Below, piece by piece: positions 18,472 to 26,327 of a stretch of 46,184 bases of DNA (within the stretch, counting starts at the first letter, position 1; every line of letters begins with the position of its first letter). The position numbers and the translations under genes were made by a program. The stretch covers positions 1-46,184 of the forward strand of contig CANRBE010000002.1 in the NCBI GenBank assembly GCA_947628785.1, written 5' to 3'. Under the pieces are notes generated by a model. It did no database searches. It worked only from the letters and a program-made list of their open reading frames with translations, and was not told the DNA's origin. This DNA comes from an uncultured Bacilli bacterium (GTDB lineage Bacteria; Bacillota_I; Bacilli_A; RF39; UBA660).

Positions 18472-18822
18472 TTATTTTATTTTACTAGCTGTACCTGCAA
18501 TTTTAGATGCATTAGTACTTTGCATACTTTTAAATTGAGCAATATCTTTATCAAGTGCTGCAGTAACAGTTGATTTATATTGTTTATATGTAGATGCAAG
18601 ATTGCTTACTGCTTTTTTAAATTGAGCAATAAATTTATCCGCATCCGCACCAGACCAATTTTTTTGAACAGTTGATAAAAAATTATTATATTCATTACAA
18701 TTACTTAGAGTTTTGATTGCTTTATCAATATCACCAGTAATATTTGCTTTTAATTTTTTAAGTCCTGCTTCATCACGAGCAAATGTAGCATTACTCATAG
18801 TTAAAGAACTATTGTTAGCCAT
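18472..18822 (-). CDS. WXG100-family protein (EsxA-like)
   Basis: 116 aa from the ATG at 18822, 8 nt after GGGAGG; the track GTG at 18831 lies inside the SD. Central NWSGADADKFIAQF matches the W-x-G...F signature. Confidence 0.7.
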   Translation of the reverse strand: MANNSSLTMSNATFARDEAGLKKLKANITGDIDKAIKTLSNCNEYNNFLSTVQKNWSGADADKFIAQFKKAVSNLASTYKQYKSTVTAALDKDIAQFKSMQSTNASKIAGTASKIK

Positions 18823-19027
18823 TAATTTCACCTCCCTTTAAGAGTATTGCTATACCCTATATATAGAATATCATAATTTGTTTTGCTATACAATATTTTG
18901 TGAAAAAATTATGAAAAAAGTCTTTTTTTAGAATACATTTAAAATAATACTTATTTTGTTAGTATTATGGTTATTGCCAAATTAATTATTTTATATTATA
19001 ATTAAGATAGAATATAAGGTGATACAT

Positions 19028-20002
19028 ATGAAACTTTTCAACAATTTAAAAAATATTTTTAATAAAAAAGAAAAAGAACAAATAAATACATATGATAAAG
19101 GTTTAGAAAAAACAAGAAAAAATTTTACATCTAAACTAAATAATTTAGTGTTAAAATATAAAAAAATTGATGATGATTTTTTTGAAGAACTAGAAGATAT
19201 TTTAATAATGGCTGATATTGGTGTTAAAACTGTAATGGATTTTATGGATAGATTAAAATCTAGAGTAGCTAAAGAACATATTGAAAATACTAGTGATTTA
19301 AAAGAAATTATCGTTGATGAAATGTTTATTATTTATGTTCAAAATGATATTATTGTAAATAAAATAAAAGAAAATGAAGAAGGACCTACCGTACTACTTT
19401 TTGTAGGAGTTAATGGAGTAGGTAAAACAACAACCATTGGTAAACTTGCTTATCAGTTTAGCAAAAAAGGTAAAAAAGTATTATTTATTGCTGGAGATAC
19501 TTTTAGAGCTGGTGCTATTGAACAATTAAAAGAGTGGGCTTTAAAAACATCTTCAGATATTGTTTATAAAGAAAATGCTGATGCAGCTAGTGTTGTATTT
19601 GATGGTTTAAAAAAAGCCAAAGATGAAAATTATGACTATGTTTTAATAGATACAGCTGGTAGATTACAAAATAAAGTAAACTTAATGAAAGAATTAGAAA
19701 AAATAAACAAAGTTATAAATCAAAATATTGAGGGTGCTCCTCATGAAGTGTTACTTGTAATAGATGCGACAACTGGTCAAAATGGAATCAGTCAAGCTAA
19801 AAATTTTGATAGTATTACAAAAATAACAGGAATTGTTTTAACTAAATTAGATGGAACTGCTAAGGGTGGTATTGTTTTAGCTATCAAAGAAAGTACCAAT
19901 ATACCAGTTAAATATATTGGTTTAGGTGAAAAGGAAAATGATTTACAAGTGTTTGATATAGAAACATATATTTATGGCTTATTTAAGGAGTTAAATGGAT
20001 AG
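19028..20002 (+). CDS. ftsY: Signal recognition particle receptor FtsY
   Basis: NG domain with GVNGVGKTTTIGKLA, DTAGRL and TKLDGTAKGG. The ATG at 19028 follows AAGGTGA. Confidence 0.93.
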   Translation: MKLFNNLKNIFNKKEKEQINTYDKGLEKTRKNFTSKLNNLVLKYKKIDDDFFEELEDILIMADIGVKTVMDFMDRLKSRVAKEHIENTSDLKEIIVDEMFIIYVQNDIIVNKIKENEEGPTVLLFVGVNGVGKTTTIGKLAYQFSKKGKKVLFIAGDTFRAGAIEQLKEWALKTSSDIVYKENADAASVVFDGLKKAKDENYDYVLIDTAGRLQNKVNLMKELEKINKVINQNIEGAPHEVLLVIDATTGQNGISQAKNFDSITKITGIVLTKLDGTAKGGIVLAIKESTNIPVKYIGLGEKENDLQVFDIETYIYGLFKELNG

Positions 20003-20297
20003 TATAAAAGAAAGGATTTATTTAAATTCTTTATATGATATATATAGTAAGTTACTTACTAAAAAACAACAAGATTATTTTGAAGAATACTATATAGATA
20101 ATTTATCTTTAAAAGAAATAAGTGACAATAAAAAAATAAGTCGTAATGGTGTTTATAATCAAATAAGAAAAACAGTTGAAAAATTAACAAAATTGGAAGA
20201 TGTTTTAAAAATATATGAAAAAAAACAAAAAATAATATATGAATTAAATAACATTGATGATACAATTAAAACAAGAATAGAAAAAATAATAGAATAG
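19995..20297 (+). CDS. ylxM: YlxM/UPF0122 HTH protein (SRP-operon associated)
   Basis: LYDIYSKLLTKKQQDYFEEYYIDNLSLKEISDNKKISRNGVYNQIRK matches the YlxM signature. Overlaps the ftsY stop by 8 nt. Confidence 0.8.
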   Translation: MDSIKERIYLNSLYDIYSKLLTKKQQDYFEEYYIDNLSLKEISDNKKISRNGVYNQIRKTVEKLTKLEDVLKIYEKKQKIIYELNNIDDTIKTRIEKIIE

Positions 20298-20308
20298 AGA
20301 GGGAATAT

Positions 20309-22060
20309 ATGATTGGAGATATAGTATATATCAGTGACAATGTCGCCCATATAAAAATAGCAAACTGGTCTAATATAGCTGCTGATATGATGAATTTACA
20401 TATTGTTTTTGAAGATCCTAAAAAGAAAATATTAGGTGAAGTAGAAGATATGGATTCTGAGCTTATTAAGGTAAGGTTTTTAGGTGAAATTGTCGGTAAT
20501 AAATTTTTAGGTGGTGTTATTAGAAAGCCTGGTTTATCAGCTCGTATTAGAGTTATCAAAAAAGAAGAGTTAGCGTTAATTGTTGGTGTTAATGATGCCT
20601 CAAGTATGATACTTGGACGGTCACCTTTATATGATGATTGTACAATTAGAATAAATATCAATGATATGTTTAGTAATCACTTTGCGATATTTGGTAATAC
20701 TGGTAGTGGTAAATCATGGGGATTTGCGAGACTTTTACAAAATGTTTTTACTAATCCTAATGTTGTTCCATATCGTTCTAATTTCTTTATTTTTGATGCT
20801 TATGGAGAATATCATACAGCTTTTCAAGATATCAATAAGATTAATCCTAATTTTTATTTTAAGTATTATACTACTAATGAAAATGATACTAGTGGCTATC
20901 CTTTACAAATACCACTTTGGTTACTTACTGTTGATGATATGGCTTTACTTTTAAATGCTACTGAACATGCTCAGTTACCAATTATTGAAAGAGTTTTGAA
21001 ATTAGTTCGTATTTTTGCCGAAAGTGGTGAAATGAATGAGAAGTATAAAAACCATTTAATTGCTAAAGCTATTATGACTATTTTGTATACCAATCAAAAT
21101 GCTTCTAGTAAAAGAAATGATATTTTTGCGATATTAGCAGATTGTAGTACAGAAAAATTTAGTTTGGATTCGCCTGTTCAAGGTATTGGATATGTTAGAA
21201 AATTTAGGGAATGTTTTGAAATCGATAAAGAGGGTAATTTTTCAGAAAGTATTTTAGTAACTCAATATATTTCTGATTTTATTCAAGATGAATTGGATGA
21301 ATATGAACCAAAAGGAAATTATTTTTTCACTTTAAAAGACTTAGAAAAAGCTATGAATTTTACTTTGATATCTGAAGGTTTACTTAGAAATGAAAAAAGT
21401 TATTCTGATGCGATAACTTTAAAAGTTAGATTACATACTTTAGCTATTAGTGAAAATGCAAGATTTTTCTCTTATCCTAGTTATGTGAATTTGGAAAATT
21501 TTATTGCTTCTTTAGTTACAAAGGATGGTAAGAAAGTTCAAATAGTAAACTTTAACTTAGAGGATATTGAAGATTCTATTGCGAAAGTTATCACTAAAGT
21601 AATTACTAGAATGTTGTTTGATTTTACTAAACATTTAGCTAATCGAGCAACTATTCCTTTTCACATTTTCTTGGAAGAAGCTCATAGATATGTTCAAAAT
21701 GACAATGATAAATTTTTACTTGGTTACAATATCTTTGATAGGGTTGCTAAGGAAGGAAGAAAGTATGGTTTGATTTTTAGCTTGATTTCACAAAGACCAG
21801 TAGAAATATCTGAAACGGTTATATCACAATGTAGCAATTTTATGATTTTTAAATTGAACCATCCAAGAGACTTAGAGTATATTAGAAAGATGTTACCAAA
21901 TATTAATCAAGAAATTATTGAAAAACAAAAAAGTTTACAACCAGGTACTTGTGTTGGATTTGGTAAAGCTTTTGTAGTACCTATGATTATTAAAATGGAT
22001 CCACCAGACCCTGCTCCATCAAGTAGTAGTTGTGATATTGAAAATGTTTGGAAAGCTTAA
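20309..22060 (+). CDS. HerA-like (DUF87) FtsK/HerA-superfamily ATPase
   Basis: N-terminal HAS-barrel-like segment, Walker A FGNTGSGKSW, Walker B HIFLEEAHRY, and EGRKYGLIFSLISQRP ... SQCSNFMIFKL typical of HerA. Starts 11 nt after ylxM. Confidence 0.8.
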   Translation: MIGDIVYISDNVAHIKIANWSNIAADMMNLHIVFEDPKKKILGEVEDMDSELIKVRFLGEIVGNKFLGGVIRKPGLSARIRVIKKEELALIVGVNDASSMILGRSPLYDDCTIRININDMFSNHFAIFGNTGSGKSWGFARLLQNVFTNPNVVPYRSNFFIFDAYGEYHTAFQDINKINPNFYFKYYTTNENDTSGYPLQIPLWLLTVDDMALLLNATEHAQLPIIERVLKLVRIFAESGEMNEKYKNHLIAKAIMTILYTNQNASSKRNDIFAILADCSTEKFSLDSPVQGIGYVRKFRECFEIDKEGNFSESILVTQYISDFIQDELDEYEPKGNYFFTLKDLEKAMNFTLISEGLLRNEKSYSDAITLKVRLHTLAISENARFFSYPSYVNLENFIASLVTKDGKKVQIVNFNLEDIEDSIAKVITKVITRMLFDFTKHLANRATIPFHIFLEEAHRYVQNDNDKFLLGYNIFDRVAKEGRKYGLIFSLISQRPVEISETVISQCSNFMIFKLNHPRDLEYIRKMLPNINQEIIEKQKSLQPGTCVGFGKAFVVPMIIKMDPPDPAPSSSSCDIENVWKA

Positions 22061-22086
22061 AATATGGATTTTTTCCATATTTTTTA
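22061..22086 (+). terminator. Rho-independent terminator after the HerA-like gene
   Basis: ATATGGA (22062-22068) pairs with TCCATAT (22074-22080), then a T-run. Confidence 0.6.
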
Positions 22087-22112
22087 CTTTGAAATAATAA
22101 ATAAAAAACCAA

Positions 22113-22508
22113 CTATTTTGTTAGTTGATTATATATTTCATCTAAATCTTTTAATAACTCTTTATTGTATTTATAATCTAATAGATCATTATGGTATCTA
22201 GGTGTTAAATGAATGTGAAAATGAGCTATTTCTTGTCCATATTCATTGTTTTCAGAAATAGTTAACCCTTCACAATTTAACTTTTCTTTTAATAAAGGAT
22301 ACAAAACATTTTTAATTATCTTAAAACTATGATTAACGACTTCTTCATCAATATCTAATAAATTAACATAATGTTTTTTAGGTAATACTAATAAATGACC
22401 ATTAGTCATTGGATTAATATTTATAATTACTTTAATAACTTCATCTTCATAAATAGTTTTAGATGGAGCTTCATTATTTATTATTTTACAAAATATACAA
22501 TTATCCAT
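22113..22508 (-). CDS. HIT-family nucleotide hydrolase/transferase
   Basis: CIFCKI N-terminus and histidine triad HFHIHLTPR. Confidence 0.9.
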   Translation of the reverse strand: MDNCIFCKIINNEAPSKTIYEDEVIKVIININPMTNGHLLVLPKKHYVNLLDIDEEVVNHSFKIIKNVLYPLLKEKLNCEGLTISENNEYGQEIAHFHIHLTPRYHNDLLDYKYNKELLKDLDEIYNQLTK

Positions 22509-22606
22509 ATCATTCCTCCTATAATTATTATAGCATTTTTTTTTAAAATTTGTAAAATATTTGCTATTTAAGAATATTTAATATAAAATTAATACGAGGT
22601 GTAATC

Positions 22607-23614
22607 ATGAAAATATTAGTTACTGGTGGGATAGGATATATTGGAAGCCATACAGTGTGTGAACTTTTAGATAATGACTATGAAGTTGTTATTGTTGACA
22701 ATTTATGTAATTCTAAAAAAGATGTTGTCAATAAAATAGAAGAAATAACTAAAAAACAAGTTAAGTTTTATGAAGGTGATGTTTGTGATAAAAAGATATT
22801 AGAAAAAATATTTAAGGAAAATAAAATAGAAGCTGTTATTCATTTTGCTTCCTTAAAAGCTGTCGGAGAATCAGTAGAAAAACCATTACTTTATTATCGA
22901 AATAACTTAGATGCGACAATGTCATTACTAGAAGTAATGAATAAATATAACTGTAAAAAAATAGTTTTTTCATCTAGTGCTACTGTATATGGAAAACCTA
23001 AAACTTTACCAATTAAAGAAGACTTTGTTTTGATGACAACTAATCCTTATGGAACAACTAAACTCGTAATAGAAAATATTTTAAAAGATTTATATATATC
23101 TGATAACGAGTGGAGTATAGCTGTTTTAAGATACTTTAATCCAATCGGAGCTCATAAATCAGGATTAATTGGTGAAAATCCTAATGGTATTCCTAATAAT
23201 TTAATGCCTTATATTATAAAAGTGGCAACAAAAGAATTACCTTATTTAAATATTTTTGGTGATGATTATGATACCAAAGATGGAACAGGGGTAAGAGATT
23301 ATATTCATGTGGTCGATTTAGCTAAAGGACATTTATGTGCAATAAAAAAAATATTGGAAGAAAAAGGAATTGATTACTATAATTTGGGAACAGGACATGG
23401 TTATAGTGTTTTAGAATTAGTAAAAACTTTTGAAAAAGTTAATAATGTCAAAATAAACTATAAAATTGTAAATAGACGTCCAGGTGATATTGATGCTTGT
23501 TATGCCGATTGTACCTATGCTTTTTTAAAACTAGGATTTAAAGCTTCTAAAGGAATAGAGGATATGTGTATAGATAGTTATAATTTTATTAAAAAACAAA
23601 ATAATTTAAAGTAA
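22607..23614 (+). CDS. galE: UDP-glucose 4-epimerase
   Basis: GGIGYIGSH Rossmann motif, SSSATVYG, YGTTK catalytic motif, full-length GalE-like (335 aa). Confidence 0.9.
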   Translation: MKILVTGGIGYIGSHTVCELLDNDYEVVIVDNLCNSKKDVVNKIEEITKKQVKFYEGDVCDKKILEKIFKENKIEAVIHFASLKAVGESVEKPLLYYRNNLDATMSLLEVMNKYNCKKIVFSSSATVYGKPKTLPIKEDFVLMTTNPYGTTKLVIENILKDLYISDNEWSIAVLRYFNPIGAHKSGLIGENPNGIPNNLMPYIIKVATKELPYLNIFGDDYDTKDGTGVRDYIHVVDLAKGHLCAIKKILEEKGIDYYNLGTGHGYSVLELVKTFEKVNNVKINYKIVNRRPGDIDACYADCTYAFLKLGFKASKGIEDMCIDSYNFIKKQNNLK

Positions 23615-23634
23615 GTGAGATAATCACTTTTTTG
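23613..23634 (+). terminator. Terminator after galE
   Basis: AAGTGA-gataa-TCACTT followed by a T-run. Confidence 0.5.
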
Positions 23635-23757
23635 TTATAAAAAAGTTAAAAAACAACAAAATAAAAATAAATGATAAAAACTTATTACCTTATATATTTA
23701 CTTGCACATATAATTTTTTTTTAGTATAATAAGGTCGTTGGAAGGAAGAAGTGTGTA

Positions 23758-26181
23758 ATGAATAAAATAAAAAAAATAAAGAGATTGTTATTTAATATAG
23801 ATTTAAAAGCTACTATGAAATATGCTAAAGCATATCAAAAAAATAAAGTAGATGAAAATATAATATTGTTCCAATCATTTGATGGAAGTTCTGTAACTGG
23901 AAATGTCTATTATATTTTAAAAGAATTATATAATGATAATTACTATGATAAATATAAAAAGTATGTAGTGTGTGCTAGAAAAAATAAACATTTTATTAAA
24001 TCTTATCTAAGAAAAAAAGGTTTAACTAAAAACATAAAAATAGTAAAAATACATACTAAAAAATATTGTCAAATACTATCTAAAGCTAAATATTTAATTA
24101 ATAATGCTACTTTTCCAGCTTACTATATTAAAAAAGAAAATCAAGTATATATTAATACTTGGCATGGGACAGCTTTAAAAGCTATGGGAAGAAAAATAAA
24201 AAATTCTCCTAATGAACTTGGAAATACCCAAAGAAACTTTTTAATGGCTGATTATCTAGTTTATCAAAATGATTTTATGTTTGATACTTTTAAAGAAGAT
24301 TATATGTTAGATAATTTTTATAATGGAGAATATCTATTATCTGGATATCCAAGAAACGATATTTTTTATGATGAAAAACAAAGAAAAGAATTACGCGAAA
24401 AATTAGAAGTTCAAGATAAAAAAGTATATATATATATGCCTACTTGGCGAGGAGCTTTAAACAATAAAAGTAATATGGTTCAATATCATTACTTAATGTA
24501 TCTTTTACTACAAATAGATGCTTTATTAAAAGAAGATACAGTTTTATATATAAAACTACATAATTATGCTGATTCTAAAATAGATTTTGATGAATTTAAA
24601 AATATCAGAAGATTTCCTCAAGAATATGAAACATATGAATTTTTAAATATAGCTGATGGTTTAATAACTGACTATTCAAGTGTTTTCTTTGATTTTGCTA
24701 ATACAGGTAGAAAAGTAATATTATTTGCTTATGATAAAGAAGAGTATTTAGCTGATCGAGGAATGTATATTGATTATGATAAATTACCATTTACTTTAGC
24801 TACTTCTGTTGAAGAGTTAGTTAAAGAAATGGATGATACTAAAGATTTTAAATCATATAAGGAATTTCAAGATAAATTTTGTAATTATGATAATAAAAAT
24901 TGTACTAAACAAATTTGTGACTATGTTTTTAAAGGAATCAAAAGTAATAAAATCAAAACTATTAAAGGTAGTAAATACAAAAACAATAAAGAAAATGTTT
25001 TAGTATTTGGCGGTGCTTTAATGAAAAATGGTATTACAACCGCTTTAAAAGGAATATTTGCGAATGTTGATTTGACTAAAAGAAATTATATTTTGAATTT
25101 TTATAAGAAAAAAGTAGAAAAGAATAAACAAACTATCAATTTCTTTTCTAATGTTGATTACCTACCAATGCAAGGCCGTAAAGTAATGACTTTTAAAGAA
25201 ATGGTTTTTATTAAATTATATTTTACTTACAATTTAAATAATAATTATACAAAAAAAATAGTTGAAAGAGTATTTAATCGAGAAGTCAAAAGATTATTTA
25301 TTGATTTACACTTTGATTACGTTATCCATTTTTCAGGATATGAAAGAGAAGTAATGCATTTATTTAAAGCGATGAATGCTAAAAAAATAATATTTACTCA
25401 TAGTATTTTAAAAAAAGAAGATCAAACTCGTTCTAATTTCCATAAAAACTCTTTAAAAGAAGCTTATCGTACTTTTGATAAAATTGTTTTAGTAAGAGAA
25501 AATATGGAATATGGAATTAAAGATTATTTACAAGAAAAAGATATGAATAAAACTTGTGTTGTGCATAATTTTAATGATATTGATGGTATAAAAGAAAATG
25601 GTAAAAAAGATATCAGTTTTGACCATGATACATATGCCAATATTGAACTAAGTGATTTAAATAAAATACTAAACGATAAAACTTCTAAAAAGTTTATCAA
25701 TGTTGCTAGATTTTCTCCAGAAAAAGGTCTAGATAGATTGATTAAAGCTTTTCATAAATTTCAAAGTAAAAATAAGAATAATTATTTAATTATTATAGGT
25801 GGACATGGTAATGAATTTCAAAATATTTGTGATTTAGTTAAAGATTTAAATAATGACCATATAATTATTATTCGTTCCCTACAAAATCCTTGTGCAGTTT
25901 TAAGTAGATGTGATTGTTTTGTTTTATCATCTTATTATGAAGGATTACCTATGACTATTATGGAAGCTTTAATATTAGAAAAAAAAGTTATTTGTACAGA
26001 TATAGAAGGACCGAAAGAATTTTTAAAACAAGGTTATGGACATATAGTTGAAAATTCAGAACAAGGTTTAGTAAATGGATTTAATGATTATATTGATGGT
26101 AAATTAGAAAACTTAAAAAAATTTGATGCTTTAAAATTTAACCAAAAAGCTTTAGAAGAATTTGAAGAATTATTTCATTAA
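23758..26181 (+). CDS. Bifunctional teichoic-acid-type enzyme: CDP-glycerol glycerophosphotransferase (TagF-like) domain fused to a GT1/GT4 glycosyltransferase domain
   Basis: The N-terminal half has INTWHGT and YMPTWRG, typical of TagF/TarF. The C-terminal part has SSYYEGLPMTIMEAL...ICTDIEGPKE, typical of glycosyl transferase group 1. Confidence 0.8.
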   Translation: MNKIKKIKRLLFNIDLKATMKYAKAYQKNKVDENIILFQSFDGSSVTGNVYYILKELYNDNYYDKYKKYVVCARKNKHFIKSYLRKKGLTKNIKIVKIHTKKYCQILSKAKYLINNATFPAYYIKKENQVYINTWHGTALKAMGRKIKNSPNELGNTQRNFLMADYLVYQNDFMFDTFKEDYMLDNFYNGEYLLSGYPRNDIFYDEKQRKELREKLEVQDKKVYIYMPTWRGALNNKSNMVQYHYLMYLLLQIDALLKEDTVLYIKLHNYADSKIDFDEFKNIRRFPQEYETYEFLNIADGLITDYSSVFFDFANTGRKVILFAYDKEEYLADRGMYIDYDKLPFTLATSVEELVKEMDDTKDFKSYKEFQDKFCNYDNKNCTKQICDYVFKGIKSNKIKTIKGSKYKNNKENVLVFGGALMKNGITTALKGIFANVDLTKRNYILNFYKKKVEKNKQTINFFSNVDYLPMQGRKVMTFKEMVFIKLYFTYNLNNNYTKKIVERVFNREVKRLFIDLHFDYVIHFSGYEREVMHLFKAMNAKKIIFTHSILKKEDQTRSNFHKNSLKEAYRTFDKIVLVRENMEYGIKDYLQEKDMNKTCVVHNFNDIDGIKENGKKDISFDHDTYANIELSDLNKILNDKTSKKFINVARFSPEKGLDRLIKAFHKFQSKNKNNYLIIIGGHGNEFQNICDLVKDLNNDHIIIIRSLQNPCAVLSRCDCFVLSSYYEGLPMTIMEALILEKKVICTDIEGPKEFLKQGYGHIVENSEQGLVNGFNDYIDGKLENLKKFDALKFNQKALEEFEELFH

Positions 26182-26182
26182 T

Positions 26183-26213
26183 GAATTTGTAGATAAAACA
26201 AATTCTTTTTTTT
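26183..26213 (+). terminator. Terminator after the TagF-like gene
   Basis: GAATTTGT-agataaa-ACAAATTC plus T8. Confidence 0.65.
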
Positions 26214-26327
26214 ATATTCTAGGAAAGTACATTTCAAATAAAGAAAAAATATAAAATTTATATGATTATAATAAATAATGAATGATTTTTATATAAATTA
26301 GTTGTATAATTATACTAGTAGGAAGGA

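Noticed and set aside
20059-20954. Four overlapping ORFs (68, 63, 131 and 97 aa) antisense or out of frame to ylxM and the HerA-like gene
   Set aside because: They are low-complexity Phe/Leu/Ile translations of AT-rich DNA inside well-supported genes, with no SD.
26182-26327. Possible riboswitch or leader (for example an M-box) upstream of the P-type ATPase
   Set aside because: The region is almost pure A/T with no conserved helices. Only a terminator of the upstream gene and an extended -10 promoter are visible.
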